A DNA stretch of 64,000 bases, from NCBI GenBank assembly GCA_043228905.1, contig JBHGNT010000135.1:6085-70084 (forward strand), in the 5' to 3' direction. Every line of letters starts with the position of its first letter. Within the stretch, counting starts at the first letter, position 1. Source of the DNA: Azolla caroliniana (lineage: Eukaryota; Plantae; Polypodiophyta). Made by a program: the position numbers and the translations under genes. Of this stretch, positions 27,854-42,222 are shown one piece after another. Under the pieces are notes generated by a model, which did not search any database, was not told where the DNA came from, and saw only the letters and a list, made by a program, of their open reading frames with translations.

Positions 27854-28485
27854 TTTTACAGTAGCTAGTTAATGCTCCAGGGTTAGTAATAATATACTTA
27901 TAAGTCATCTTAGCATAAATCTTATAGTTATTTCTTGACTGGTCATACGGATTATATTGTCATTGGTGCTTCCCATGACAATTTATGAAGTATAAGAAGT
28001 TTCTGTAGTGAGCTTCAAGTGAGCTCTACGGAGGTAAATATATGTATAATCTTTTTCTTAATATTTTGGTTTTACTGTTTTTACCTAACCAAACAAAGAA
28101 CAAATTTAATATACGGATTCGTTGATATCATTTGCATTAACATAAAGAGACCATTCTAATGTCGGGATATAAAGATTTTGTAACTATAATGTGCATGATA
28201 TTAATAGAACATCAGTTCATTACAGAGAACATCCTAACCTAGAGTCAGAAATGATAATTAGATTTGTTTCACATATGAGAAGAATCTTGTAAATATCATT
28301 TTTACTATGGCAAAATAGCATGGTATATTTATTATCCTTTTGCATTCTTTAGCAAACGTTTAGAGCAACATACGTAGACATAGATCAATAATGTTTCGCA
28401 AATTCATAACACCCACAATTAACATTTACATGTTAGTGGAGTATTCTAGTTTACGTAACACTGTTCTTAGTAGAGTAGAAAATCT

Positions 28486-28522
<37 letters not shown>

Positions 28523-30565
28523 CGTAAGTACCAAGGTCCAATATGACTGATGGAACCAAAAGTGAAACCCTTCCACATAGTATGTGTGGAATTGAACGGT
28601 GACACTCATGCTCAAGAACTTTACTAATAAACGTTGCTTTCGAGAGTGCAGATTGTGATCGTCAGAGGATGTATGTAGGAAGTGGATCAGATTGGCAATC
28701 CTTGGAGAGCAAACCGGAATGGATTGAATGTAGTGCATTGTATCAACGTGTGATACTTTGACTCTTGCACTTCTTTGGCCCGAAATATGCACAACTAATG
28801 AGTTTCCTCAATTGTGCTTTAATGTCTTGTCTCGCATCTGAGTGTGCAAGAGAGAATTCTAATGTACAGACAAAATAACATTTCCTATTTCAACGCAGTC
28901 AAAGATCTAATATTAACGTGAATGGTTCTTAATGCAAAGAAACTAGGAAGGAGTTTGAACGAAGAGATATAGGAAGCAAATTATACAATGTACATAATAT
29001 TTATGAAGTTAACTCTAGACAATTTGAATAGAAAAACATATGGTGGGACCCCTCTGAGATTTGGATATTTTCAATATATTGTGGAGAGATTACAAACTAT
29101 ACAACAATCAAAACTTTAGAGTGATCTTTGGAGCCTTACAATTAGGAACTTTATAACACACGTTATATATATACTAACATTCTTCCATAAAATGAACTTG
29201 AAAATATAAAGTTCCATTGATCTTTGGAACATTAAAATCTTTATTGAGGTTCGAGGACATATTGCTTGAGAAATGGTGCTTAGGTTCTAAGAACTCTAGT
29301 TTTGGCCATGGCAACAATGCCCAATAAGTCAATAATCGTAAACTTAATGGGGAAGATAAGGCAATGGGTCCTTTTAGGACATTGGGCTTGACCAAAATAA
29401 TTTTCTTGAGCCCATGATGTCACACATATTTGTATATAGGCAATCTTTCTTCAATGTATAGTAGAGCTGAATGACAATGGTTGTTTAGTCAAATTGTTTA
29501 CACATTTGACGAAAAACGTAGTAAAACTTGGACCATTAAGACACGCGATAGGAAATGCCATAAAAGTACATTCTCATTAAGTGATAGTGTAGAATTCTAT
29601 GTTCTCGAGTGGATTTGCTTCATGTTTATGGTCTCAAATTCAATACTTGGCATTGTGTTTGGAAAGCGAAAGAAGCATGAACGCAATAGATGCTACATGA
29701 GTGTGCATTGTAAAAAGATTATACATATGCATGATTGAGGCAATTCACTTTGATCATGAAAGAGTTCATAACCCATCCATTTATTACATAAGGTTAGGGT
29801 AAATACATTAAAGATCTTGTGGCCATTTGTTTTCCATTCGTCTATTTGACTTGTTTGCTTTTTGCAAGGAAACCATGAACATTATGATCTCTTTTATCGA
29901 TATGGGAGGTGGTTGTCATGTAATTTTGAGAGACTTCTCACCTAATTACTTAGGGGTTACCATAAAGGTACGGATTGATCAAGAACGAGAGTAAGAATAG
30001 TTAATGTGTCATTTGGATGCTACAACCAAGCATGTTAACAAGGGTACACATTAACATTTTGAATAGCCATGAGATGTAGCGAAAATCTATCAAGGAAGGG
30101 GTATGCATAACAAGTCCCAGGCATAGAAATGTAGAGTGCATAGCTCTGCGATTGTATGTTTACTGCGGAAGGACTCCATGGGCCTTAAGACGAGCACCGC
30201 CGGGGGAGATAGATAGATAGATAGATAGAGAGGGGTTTGGTGGTAATATTCTGAAGGCGGAATAGTTATTTCCGGGTACACTGCACTAAACTTAGGGTTA
30301 GGGTAAGGAAAAAAGGTGGATGTAAGAGAAACCCATAGCCTCTCGTCGCCGAGGGACTAAAACAGAAAAGCGGGGGCCCGGGGTGTGGGGATATACATAC
30401 ATAATTTAGTAAGACGTACCGGAGAGGAGAGACAGACAGACAGACAGACCATTTAGAGTGACCAAGAGCGCGAAAGACAGACATTCAGGGTGTGTGAGGG
30501 AGCAGAGAGTAGAGCAGAGCAGATCAGAAGAGACAGAGAGAGACAGAGACAGAGACAGAGACAGG

Positions 30566-31859
30566 ATGGATGGAGGGGCGAGCAACCAGCGGTTCCCCAG
30601 TGTGCGGATCAGGGAGATGAAGGACGATTTCCTCAAGTTCGAGCTTCGGGACACGGACACCAGTATGGCAAATGCCCTCCGCCGAGTGGTGCTGTCCGAA
30701 GTACCCACCATCGCCATTGACCTTGTGGAGATCGAGATGAATTCCTCTGTCCTCAACGATGAGTTCATAGCTCACCGCCTCGGCCTCATCCCACTCACTT
30801 CCTCCCGTGCTGTCCACATGAAACTCTCCCGCGATTGTGATGCTTGCGATGGTGATGGCAAGTAATGCTTCATTCCTATCTCTCTCTCTCTCACTCCTGT
30901 CTTTCAGTTTCTGTTCAATTCCTATTGTTTTTTCTTTGCTTTTTCGTTGTTGTTGTCGTGGTCGTTTTCAATGTTTGGTTTTTCTAAGAGATGGTGATGG
31001 TGATGCTGACTTATTATCATCTGGGTGGGAAGGAGTTGGGTTTTATCATCACACGACATTGTGATATACGTATATGAAAGAAATTTTTTCTCGGAGTGAT
31101 GGTGGTGGTGATGTACTATCATCTGAAAGACAGGGGGAGATACATTTGATTGTAGTTAGTAGGTGGAATATAATCTATGAAACCAAAAGAAACATAATGC
31201 TGGAAAGAGAGAGATAATGAGATTATATGTTAACAAGAACAGGGTGCCAATATGATCTGAGGAACCTACAATTATTACAAAGCACACTCTCCAGCTGTGT
31301 AGGTGGGGGATTTTCTAATGGTAGAAAAAACAATAAACTAAGCTTGTTTCCTAATTTCACTACCTGGCCATTCATGATTTTAGTCCTTTGATTGAGTATA
31401 GGAGCAAAGAGTAGTCCTAATGTTGCAGGCGTTGCTCCCATTGTTGATGAAAGTTCTGGAAAATGAGGACAACCTTGCAGGAATGATTGAAAATCATGCA
31501 TGATTTCTTCATATTCCAGGTAGTCCAAAGTGGAACTCTCTCCTGTTTTGGTAGGTTGGAGCAATATAGATCACATATTTTCGTTTTCTCCCATTCCTCC
31601 AATGTGAGACTTTGGTTACCAATGCATTTAAATGTCTGGTGTTTGCCATCTATCCGTAAAGTTGATTGAGATTTCACTTAGAAGAGCCAATTGAGCCATA
31701 GTTGAGGTGGCTGTGTCAATGTTTTGGATACTGTGAGATTGTTAGTTCATTACACTGATGTATCATGTAGTTTAAGAGAAGAGATATATGGTGGTGTGAA
31801 AAGGATGCGTGAAAGTGAATATTTGAACTCATGATGTTAAGTTGATGACCTAAATATCT

Positions 31860-31900
<41 letters not shown>

Positions 31901-34263
31901 AGAAAACCCTTCTTGAGAGCTATAAATAAATCCACATCAATCTCCTACCAACTAGTCATATATCCCTACTTCTCTTTGTGATCTCTTTTCCCTTTTGGCC
32001 ACCTTCTTATCAGCCATCTATATTTGAGTGATATCTCTCCAATTGTATCTGTTTAAATTTGTATACCATATTTTGGATGTTACATGTGAGGATAATGCTG
32101 TTTTTTCCCTTTCAAGATCTGGCCAGAGAGAGACGAAAGATATTAGAATTGTGGTTTGTTTTATGAATCAATGTGAAATCATACTTGGCCTTGTGACAAG
32201 GTCTCAGTTTTTTTGTTTGGGATAGTAACTGACTAAAGTCAATCACTAATGCTGTTTTTTTCCCGTTCAAGATCTGGCCAGAGAGAGATGAAAGATATTA
32301 GAATTGTGGTTTGTTTTATGAATCAATGTGAAATTGTTACTTGTCCTTGTGACAAGGTCTCAGTTTTTTTGTTTGAGATAGTAACTGACTAAAGTCAATC
32401 ACTATAGCATCTTTCCATTATTACATTACACATGGGCTTTTGTTTTGTTAGCAAAATGTTTTGAGGAAATTTTCAGCTATAATAAATTCAGAGAATCATG
32501 AATATTTAGAGTGACCATCTTTATATACATCATTCTCAGATGTGAATACTACTGTGGATTTCACAGATAAATGTTAAATGAACATGCTTGTAGTTGCCAT
32601 TCTAATACTCTGGGGGTTCAACTTCAAATGCAAGTGCACTTAATATATTGATGATTATAACATTCTGTGTGGATCACACACAAATTTGCCATTCTAATAC
32701 TCCATTTATTGAACTACAGATGTGAATACTGCTCAGTAGAGTTCACACTCAATGTCAAATGTACATCTGATCAAACATTAGATGTAACAAGCAATGACCT
32801 AATTCCTACTGAGCAGCAATATCCAGTATATCCAGTGGGCTTCCATGATCGGAATGAGTACGGAAATTTTGGAGATGAGTCTCCAGATCAGAGGTGCGAT
32901 TTATTTTGAGCATGATGTTAGAATGTGCATATCTGACATTTATGTACAAAAAAAAACCAACATGAAGGGCTGCATCCTTCTGTAGACACGCGCATATACT
33001 TGCATTTTTCTTCACACTCAGCCATGAAGTCAGAGTGTTTATAATAGCTGTGATAATGCTGAAAGACTTTAATTATTGGAAGATATGACATATCAATGCA
33101 CAGATAGTAACAGATAATTGGAAAAGATATGACTACAATATAGATGAATTTATTATCTATATTGTGATATGACCCACTTTCCTAAAATATGTAGAATATT
33201 GTATCATGCATGTGTATATATATATATGAATGTATAGTGTGTGTCTATCACTTACTGTGCAGGCATGAGATATCTATACATGATATGAATGTGCATTTTA
33301 TGAATCAGTTCACTTTTTGATTTTCTGGCATTACAGAACTTCAAAATGGAATGACAATTTGTTGTGTGCATAGCACTTATTGTGCAGATGCGAGATATCT
33401 ATGAATGATATGAACATGCATTTTATGAATCAGTTACCTTTTTGATTTTGGCATTACAGAACTTCAAAATGGAACCACGGTTTCTTGTGTCTCCTGTCAT
33501 TCGGATTATTCATTTAATGATGCATATCATGACGCAGGGTGGATATTCTGTGCAAAAAGCATATGAAAATTTCATAAAAACTTCCAAAAGGAAGAGGGTG
33601 AGTACTTTTGACCCATTTCTGACTTTTTTGTACATTTTGTTCTCAATTTCTACAGGGGCATTCTGATTGTGAAACTCAGGCGTGGACAAGAACTGAAGTT
33701 GCGAGCCATTGCAAGGAAGGGCATTGGTAAAGATCACGCAAAGTGGTCTCCTGCTTCAACAATAACTTTCCAGTTCGAGCCTGAAATTCATATCAATGAA
33801 GCACTGATGGAGACTCTTACACTAGAGCAGAAGAAAGAATGGGTTGAAAGCTGCCCTACAAAAGTATTTGACATTGATCCAAATACTCACCAGGTTAGCC
33901 AATACCTAGATAGGTTTATTAATTCTTCCCTACAGTGAATCTAGATAAGGCAAATAAGCTCTTTTATTTTTATATCCATTTCTACAGGTGGTGGTGGTTG
34001 ATGCAGAGGCATATGCGTATGATGATGAGGTGATAAAGAAAGCTGAAGCGATGGGGAAACCTGGTCTTGTAAACATAATAAGCAGAGAAGATTGTTTTAT
34101 TTTCACCATTGAGTCGACGGGAGCCTTGAAAGCATCGGAGATGTTCTTAAATGCTATTGATATTCTGAAGGCAAAGCTTGATGCAGTTCGACTATCAATG
34201 GAAACAGAGGAGAATGATGATCAATTTGGAGAATTGGGTGCACATATGCGTGGGGTCCTCTAA
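30566..34263 (+). CDS. NRPB3: DNA-directed RNA polymerase II/IV/V subunit 3 (RPB3), 4 exons, ~327 aa
   Basis: Exons 30566..30861, 32720..32893, 33656..33893, 33988..34263 total 984 nt. Motifs [79 protein letters not shown]. Confidence 0.97.
32093..32402. repeat. Tandem duplication ~155 bp x2 in NRPB3 intron 1
   Basis: TAATGCTGTTTTT...AAAGTCAATCAC at 32093-32246 and 32247-32402. Confidence 0.92.
33249..33473. repeat. Duplication ~100 bp x2 in NRPB3 intron 2
   Basis: CACTTA.TGTGCAG...GGCATTACAGAACTTCAAAATGGAA at ~33249 and ~33374. Confidence 0.85.
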
Positions 34264-35550
34264 ATCATTCATTGTGAGTTGAATTGTTTTTCATATTCTA
34301 TGCACAATTTGTAAGTGTGGAAGAGTTACTAATATATAGTGCTGATGGAGTAAGGCCAAGTGCTTTTTGTCTTATGCTTGGCGTCTGGTCATCCTTTTGT
34401 TATATGCAAAGGTATACATAGTGTTAGGATAGTTAGGAGCTATGGGCCAGATGGGATTTGGCAAAAGCTCACATGTAAAACTTTGTAGGCCTAAGATTTT
34501 TTGCTCTGATTCAATTGTTATAAATGTTATAGCTTGACCAGTTTATTGGTTTATAACTTTGTTGTTCGCTTGAAGTCAGGCATAAACAATCGTTGTAATA
34601 TATAAATGTGTTAGGGCTAAGCTAATTAAGGTTTTTAGCCATTGACTGTTTTATTGGGTTTCCTGGTGTAATTTCACTTCTTGGGTGGTGTTGATTCATC
34701 ATGTGAACCTGAGTATTTAACTTTGTTGCTCTTTACGATCATCAAAACAGTAATATTTGCGAAAACTCACAGATATTGGAAAAACACTGAATATTTCACA
34801 TGGCGACTTTTGTGAATGGGGATATTTTAGGTTGGGGGTCATTGCTGTGTAAGTCACTTCCTACAGAATTGAAACATTCTTCAATAGCACCTAGTTTATT
34901 TATAATAAGCATTGCATACATCTTACATCAGATTAGTTTTGTATCCTATTTGATAGTGTTCACTAGCACCTAGTTTGTTTCAATTAAGGTGAGCTTGACA
35001 TATCTCTTGCATGGCATTAATTTGTGTATTTATTGATTGCTTTGGACTGTGACATGGTCACTTGACTGTTGGTCTTATTGTTTTGAAATTTGAAAGATAA
35101 AACAAAGAGTTCTAATGCTAGTGCATGAAGTATGTGCTTGGAGATTGTAGGAGTGTTTTTTCCCATCCTTGGTCAATGCATCATTCTAACAATTTTTCAA
35201 ATGCCAACATATGATCGAACTTATGAATGGATGATCCCAACAATTCAATCATGTTTTTGGATGCCTTAGTATTTCAACTTATGAATGTATCTTGGGAGGT
35301 CTTTCATTAACTTAACCCTTGAAGATATTCGTATAATTCTTGTCCTCTATACTGCAGAATATGTTGGTAGAACTTGTATTACCTCGAAGAAATCTGCCTT
35401 TCGTAATTGACCCGTATTATTCTCAAACTTCCAATATTTGAGACCGATATTATCTTGATAGGATTTTGATATTCAGAAATATTGAGTTATGAAACATTAG
35501 CGGCGCCAATTAAATTAATTGGGGATTGGTTAAAGGTGTAAAGTAATAGT

Positions 35551-35813
35551 CATAGTATGAACCATACGCACCATACATGCATTTGCATTCTCGATTGTTT
35601 CAATCATTCGAGTATATGGTAAACACCCTCGAAGAATGATAAATACCATACTTTGGATTAACTATTTATTATGAGGTAAATAAACCTAAAAAAAAAGGGG
35701 AAAAAACAAAAAACAAAAAACAAACACAAGAATGTTTGAATAACATTTGCATTCGTTTTCCAATGTAGCAAAACGAATGTTATGCTAGACGAACACGAAA
35801 TTTACGTACTATG
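35551..35813. mobile_element. hAT-type MITE
   Basis: TIR CATAGTA...TACTATG. 8-bp TSD GTAATAGT at 35543-35550 and 35814-35821. Same family as 50296..51184. Confidence 0.88.
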
Positions 35814-35929
35814 GTAATAGTATTGGAATGTTATATCATTAAGATTTTGCCTTACGCATAAGGTGCTTATTGTGTTGCTTTGTACACATGATAAATCTTG
35901 ATTCTTTGGATCTTAGTCACATGTCAATA

Positions 35930-36950
35930 TCATAGTTATGAGAGAGTGCTATAGCAATGCGGTAACGGTCATATATGGGCTAAGGATTCACAACTTTATT
36001 TCTAATGAAGATGCACTAGCCATCAATAGTGTTTAAATAACACATTCGTTTTCCTCACAAAAAGGTATTTGTTGATGAAATGATTGTGATACAGGCCAAA
36101 AGCTTCATGTTTTGGCTCATATGAAGGTAATTGCCATGAACATCTTAAAAGCTTTGCCATTTCTTTTAAGTGTTTACTACTTCATCATGCTTTACCTGTA
36201 ACAAACTTGAAGACATGCAAAGTATGCGATGAAGGCATGGTAGAGGATGAATGTCACTTGCTCTTCACATGCTCGACATAAAGTGCAATTCGTTCAAGAT
36301 ATGCTGACATACTAAGAGGGAGTGATAACTTAAGTGCCATACTTAAGCCACCACTGAGAAGGTTGAGCTCATATGTGTATGCTTTATTCACACATAGAGA
36401 CTTTGTGCTTCAATGTATGCATACCCCTTCTTAGGAAGGAGACACATATCAAGAACACATGTATACTTTGGTCTCATAGGTCAAAATTGGCCTCTTTATG
36501 GACGATAAAAATTCTAATTCTAATCTAAAAGGACAGGTTGATGATCGCCACTGTGTGTGTTGCCAATTACAGGATGGGTGTCTTACAACGCAATAATTTC
36601 TAGGTATGTGCGGAAAAATAAAGGTTTCTCAGCTTTGCACAACCATGATGTTTGATATGTGCATGTATTTTAAAGGTGGAAACTTGGAAGAAGTATTCAC
36701 TGTCTTTTCGAAGCAACATAATCAAGATGTGGTGTCTTACAACACAATGATTTCTGGGTATGTGGAAAAATAAAGGTTTTCCAGCTTTGAAACCTTTGAG
36801 GAGTATATATGTGTAGTTGGTTAACCTTATTGATAGCATGTAGATGCTTTGGCAATATAGATATGGGGAAATTGTGCTCGAATGAAGCTATGAAATTGGA
36901 TCTTGATACAATTGCAGGATATGCATTGATGTCAAGCATGTATGCAAAAA
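35930..36950 (+). pseudogene. Degraded PLS/E-class pentatricopeptide repeat (PPR) gene fragment, split by an RTE-type LINE piece
   Basis: Frameshifted PPR motifs VSYNAIISRYV (~36578) and MYFKGGNLEEVFTVFSKQHNQDVVSYNTMISGYVE (~36663-36768). E-motif-like WLTLLIACRCFGNIDMG..EAMKLDLDTIAGYALMSSMYAK at 36818-36950. The 5' boundary is approximate. Confidence 0.7.
36210..36527 (+). mobile_element. 3' end of an RTE-like LINE with C-terminal CCHC finger
   Basis: Translates TCKVCDEGMVEDECHLLFTCST*SAIRSRYADILRG (C-x2-C..EDExHxxxxC). Ends in a short (TCTAAT)n tandem tail. Confidence 0.7.
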
Positions 36951-37656
36951 GTCATATAGTGGAGGTTATATATCTCCTAATCATCTCTCATTTTGGTAAA
37001 ACAAGTGGGTTGTATTTTGTAGTCAATATGTATTTTAAAACTAATGGAAGGATATATTGTTTAGAAAATAATAATAATCTGAAAAGCTTTACAATGCTTG
37101 TATGAAGGTAATTGTTTGTGATATCTTGAGGTTTGTATGGATTGACATTTTTAGAATGAACAATAGCCCAAGTCTCAAGGATTTATTTCAATATATGTAT
37201 CATGGTTTAAGTGTTTAGTTTGTCCTCCACATGGTATTAACTCCATGTATCTAGACTAGGTCATTAAAGTCATAAAGGAGACATTGACCTAGCCTAAGAG
37301 GAGAAGCAAATTGGTGTCCCCAGTTTTAGGAAGTAAAGTGGGAAAACTATATGACTCTTTATGTTCAGAGTGAGACTTTAGATTTAGTCACCATTAAGTA
37401 TAGGTTCACATATTCGGGGCAAAGCCAACCTTGCCCACACACTTTAGAGAGTCACCCATTTTCTTTTCTCTTTTCACTATTCTTGCAACCAAGCACAATA
37501 TACTAGGTGTGCACTTTGATGGTGATGAAGAATGGTCTGCATTTATAAAAAAGGAAGGATAAGTCTCATGGTATGGTTCTTGCGATAGATATACATTTGG
37601 CCAAATGGAGAACATACTTTTCGAGTACACACACACACACACACACAAACACACAC

Positions 37657-37740
37657 ATTCACAGGAAGCATCTCGTTCAATTCACAGGAAGCATCTCGTT
37701 CAATTCACAGGAAGCATCTCGTTCAATTCTCGTTCAATTC
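37657..37740. repeat. 23-bp minisatellite x3 plus partial, next to (CA)n
   Basis: ATTCACAGGAAGCATCTCGTTCA x3. Confidence 0.9.
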
Positions 37741-39527
37741 TCTAATGAACGTAGAGTGAGCTAGTTCCCACCATTTAGGCAATAAAATATGTTGCTAATG
37801 TTACAATTGTTCCACTACTAACTATTTTGTCAAGAATGTAGATGGATTCAATTGGCATTAGTCAAAGCCGATTGTTTTATTGTCCTATCATACAAGGGCT
37901 AATCAAGCATCTTTTCCATGTCCTCATGTGGTTCAACGTGTAAAAGACATGACTATGTCTTTTTCAGTGACAAACAAATAACAGTACACATGCATACACT
38001 TTTGGATTGACCGTGTTTTCTTTTTGTGGTGTAGGATTTCACGAACACTACACTTCGTTTTACGTGTATTCTTGGTGTAGTTTGAACATATATAGAGGAT
38101 ATGGAATGATGCAACAAAGTTGTACTTTCCATTGTGGTGGCACTATACATACATGCATGCATGTGTGTGTGTGTTAGAGATGCCATTTGCAAGATTGAAA
38201 AATTGAAGTAACAATATGAAATCTTGTTATGAGTACAACATTCAATATGTAGTTTGTTTGCAACTTCTTGATATATCTTGCCAAATAAATAATGTGTAGA
38301 CAAGGCAAATTTCAAGGTAAAAAAATGTTGCCAAGCAAAATGTTGATCCTATTGGTGAGAAATAGTTCACTTTTTTGCATGTTTCGTATGTTCTAATAAA
38401 CAATTTCCAGTATTTATTTATAAATGCCTACTAGTAGTTTTCTCATACCTCTTAGAGAAGTTTGATTTTTCTTTTATAACCCTAGAATCATTTCTCTTTT
38501 AGATCTATGACTAATTATAGAAGTAAATCATCTTACAACCCTAAAATCATTTATCTTTGAAGAGAGAGCATATCTATTTTTCCAAAAGACCTAGTTCACG
38601 AAGCGAGGTAAACATCATTGTTACAATTATACAAATAACCCCTAGGAGGCAATAGCCTAGAGAATGTGACAATCTAGATAGGAGCCAATAGCCCTCAAAG
38701 TCTCTGATTAGGTGCTTCATGTAACACCCTAGACGAAATCAATATCTTGTTATTTACCACTAAGGTCATCACACAACCCCAAACACTTATTTCTAATTTA
38801 AATGCATGATGGGTTTTTATTGTACCTAGGTTTATGGTTTGAAAGATTTGGAGATTTTGGTTGTTCCTTTAAACTTGTCAAGGAGTAGTATAGAGCAAAA
38901 GTCAGTGTCATATGAAGGACATTTATCGTTCCATGGATTCCCAAAATGTTTTGTAGGTCATAATTATAAACAAAACATAGTTTACCTCAAACCTTGAGCA
39001 TGTTCTAAAATGACATGGTTATAGATGCAATGTGACTACTTAATTCCATGGAATTGGCAAATTCTAAAACCCATTTGACAATTGCAAAAAGTCTTCTTGG
39101 GGATCAATAAAGCCTTTTTTATGGACGAATGTTCATGCATTGACAAATTGAATCTTCGAGACATAACAAAACATGTCGTGTTTGTTAGTTAGTGGGAGAA
39201 CCTCTCACGAGTCACAACCATTGTTACCAAATCCGAATATGTAGTGTCAATCGTAAACCCTTGTTGCCAAACCTAGACGTATATCTTATAATTGAACTTG
39301 TATTGATAAAGGTAAAGTCTAGATGTTGCAAGGGAAATCTAAACACCAAAATCTTTAATCATAATTATTACCATTCACCCTCTTATCTTTCTATGCTCTT
39401 TTTATAATTCATTAAATGCTACCAACCATGCTAAATGGATAGTGAGGAACAAGATGTGTATAATACAATTAGGTGATTGAAGACCTTAAGTCTATCAAGT
39501 AGGGCACATGGTATATATTCGAGTTTG

Positions 39528-39705
39528 TCCATGTATCTCTAGACACCAAGATCCCTTTAAACATAGGTTAGACTTTATCCATGTATCTTTAGGAACAATG
39601 GCTTTTAGATGTAGGCTACAATGTATCCATGTAGTTGTAGAAACTAAGTCTTTTAGGTGTAGGTTATAGCTTATCCATGTAGCCTAGGCACATGGGACAT
39701 TTTAG
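39528..39705. repeat. Degenerate ~48-50-bp tandem repeat x4
   Basis: TCCATGTA recurs at ~39528, 39578, 39626 and 39674, with similar TTTAG..TAGG.TA spacers. Confidence 0.6.
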
Positions 39706-40483
39706 TTCGGGTTAATAAATAGGCATTAGAGAAAACACCACAATGTGGACATTGACACAATCGACATTGCACCCATGGTTTCCCCTTGACTGAACTCTCA
39801 TAGTTCATCTTTTGTATTTCCCTAATGATTATATTAAGCACAATGTTGTTACTCAAATAAGGTATTAAACTACGTGTATATAAATCTTGACAAAGGTTCA
39901 TGTGTGTGCATATATTCTATTGAGCATATGAGTCTCTAACCGAAACCTGTGTTTTTTTACTAGTTTCATTCTTTGTCCTTATGTAAACTGGAAAAACGTT
40001 TTATCTCCATAAGACTAGATTTTCATGAAATTCAGTACACCTAAAAACGGGTCCATTAAAAAGTTGTATTTTGATTGGTTGAAAAGACGTGCGTTCAAGA
40101 GCTTACTAGGGTGTGTATGTGTATGCATATATTTATGGAAGATCCTTATGGTACACCTTTGAAAATGACTAAAGCTTCGTTTCATGGAAAGTAAGCGATT
40201 AAATAATAACAAACATCGAAAATAATGCTCTTCATGTTTTGTGTTGGAGCCGGTAATAATTGATGCAAAACTATTTCCCAAACGTCGAAAAATGAGTTTG
40301 TCTAAGAGAAAACTGTAGGCTATAATTGTCGAACAGCAAGTGACAAAAATAACAACATCAAAGACAAATTATATACATGGGTTGGAAGCAAGTTTTGACA
40401 CGATGATGCGGAGCCCTCGAGAGGAGCTTAGGAGCTTATGAGTGTGTGACCGGGCTATCGGAGCTTCAAGGGGAACATCTCAT

Positions 40484-40498
40484 CTATACATACATACA

Positions 40499-40529
<31 letters not shown>

Positions 40530-40613
40530 TGTACATACATGCATGCATACATACATACATGTATGTAAGTTTTAAAGAAAGAAAAAGCAAGCATATACAT
40601 TGTAGAAAGGATA

Positions 40614-40646
<33 letters not shown>

Positions 40647-40926
40647 GAGAGAGAGGGAGAGAATGTTGAAGTGCCTATTAAGAAACTAGAGAAGAAAAAC
40701 AGAGAACTAAATTTAAAATTCTTACTCATAAGATAGATAGCTACAGTCCAATTATCAATACATATACATATACTGTATACATATACATATACATATACAT
40801 ATACACACACACACATCAAATACATACATACATACATACATATATATATATATAAATAGATTAATTATATAACATATATCTAAATAAATAATAAAGAAAT
40901 CTTTATTTATATATATTTAAAATCTG

Positions 40927-40955
<29 letters not shown>
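40484..40955. repeat. Microsatellite cluster upstream of the remorin gene: (CATA)n, (CA)n, (TA)n, (CCT)n
   Basis: Read directly. Confidence 0.9.
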
Positions 40956-40959
<4 letters not shown>

Positions 40960-42222
40960 ATCACTCTGTTTTCTTCTTCATCAGATTTTCTTCATTTCTT
41001 CCAATAATCCTTCTGTAATTAGCCCTAATCTCTCTCTTTCTCTCTCATCTAATTTCCATTAATCCATTTCTTACTAGACTTGCTCTTTATCCCTCTTTCT
41101 AAATCCATCTCTCTTAATATGATCCCTAATTACCACCGCCATCATCGTCATCAGCAGCGGCAGATGATTAGCCATGGCAGTAGGAGCTTTCATCATGATG
41201 ATCCATCGTATCTAAACTCAGGTATTAGTTGTATGGCGATGAATACATTCCTAGCAAAACATAATTACACATCAATGGCCCATCCCAAGTCATCATCAGT
41301 CATTTGACACACTGGTAATTAACGACGATCGGTTTGCGTTTGCATTTTCCCTACTCCTATGCCCAATTAATCTTCCTCTTCTCCTAATCACATTCTTCAT
41401 TGCTCTGAATCCTCTTTCACTTTTCGTATGCCTAATTATTCTTCTCATTTCATTAATCGTGAGCTCTATGATATGAATATCTGTCATGCTTTGCAAACCA
41501 TATGCTTTATATGTATTGTAATCTTCGCCGTGTCTGGTAATTGTACACTTAATTTCTACTTCTCCTTTTGCTAATCATGTGCTTAATTACTCTTCTTCTT
41601 CTGAATCCTCCTCACGCTAATACTCTGCCTTAATGAACGCACCCTGTCTTCTTCCGCTAAACATCGGATTGCTTTATCTTTCATAAATTTGAATCATTAC
41701 TCTTGGGGGGGGGATTTGATTAAGATGATTAATTACCATCCTAATGATTTGTCTTCTCAGAGTGACATTCTCTTTATTTTGCATTCTTCTACATAATATA
41801 CTTATTATAGGAATTGTTAAAACATGATCATGTTACCTTAATTGTTTGAAGGAGAATTATAATATATATGTGGGCGTTTTTAAGAATCACGATAAACTTG
41901 TCTGAGTGAATAATTATCATTTAATGGTGAATCATATGGTCGGATTGCTTCCATATATTATGATTTTTTCACTTTTCCCATTAAATTGAGCAATGAATGC
42001 TTGTGTGCATGAATACCTCACATTTTTGTAGCCACTTGCTCAAGACTTCCGGTTTGTTGTATGATAATGTAGTAAGTGATGCCTATAGGTAGTACACATT
42101 TAATCTAAAATCACTTTTGACCAAAGTTTTAATACAAATTGATTGATGAAGTCTTGGATGATGTTACTACATATAACTCTAGACTTTTTTAACTTTATAA
42201 ACTTTTACCATTTATTATCCGA

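Noticed and set aside
30458-30565. In-frame N-terminal extension of NRPB3 (ERDRDRDR)
   Set aside because: It starts at GTG and is a (GAGACA)n 5' UTR repeat. Homology begins at ATG 30566.
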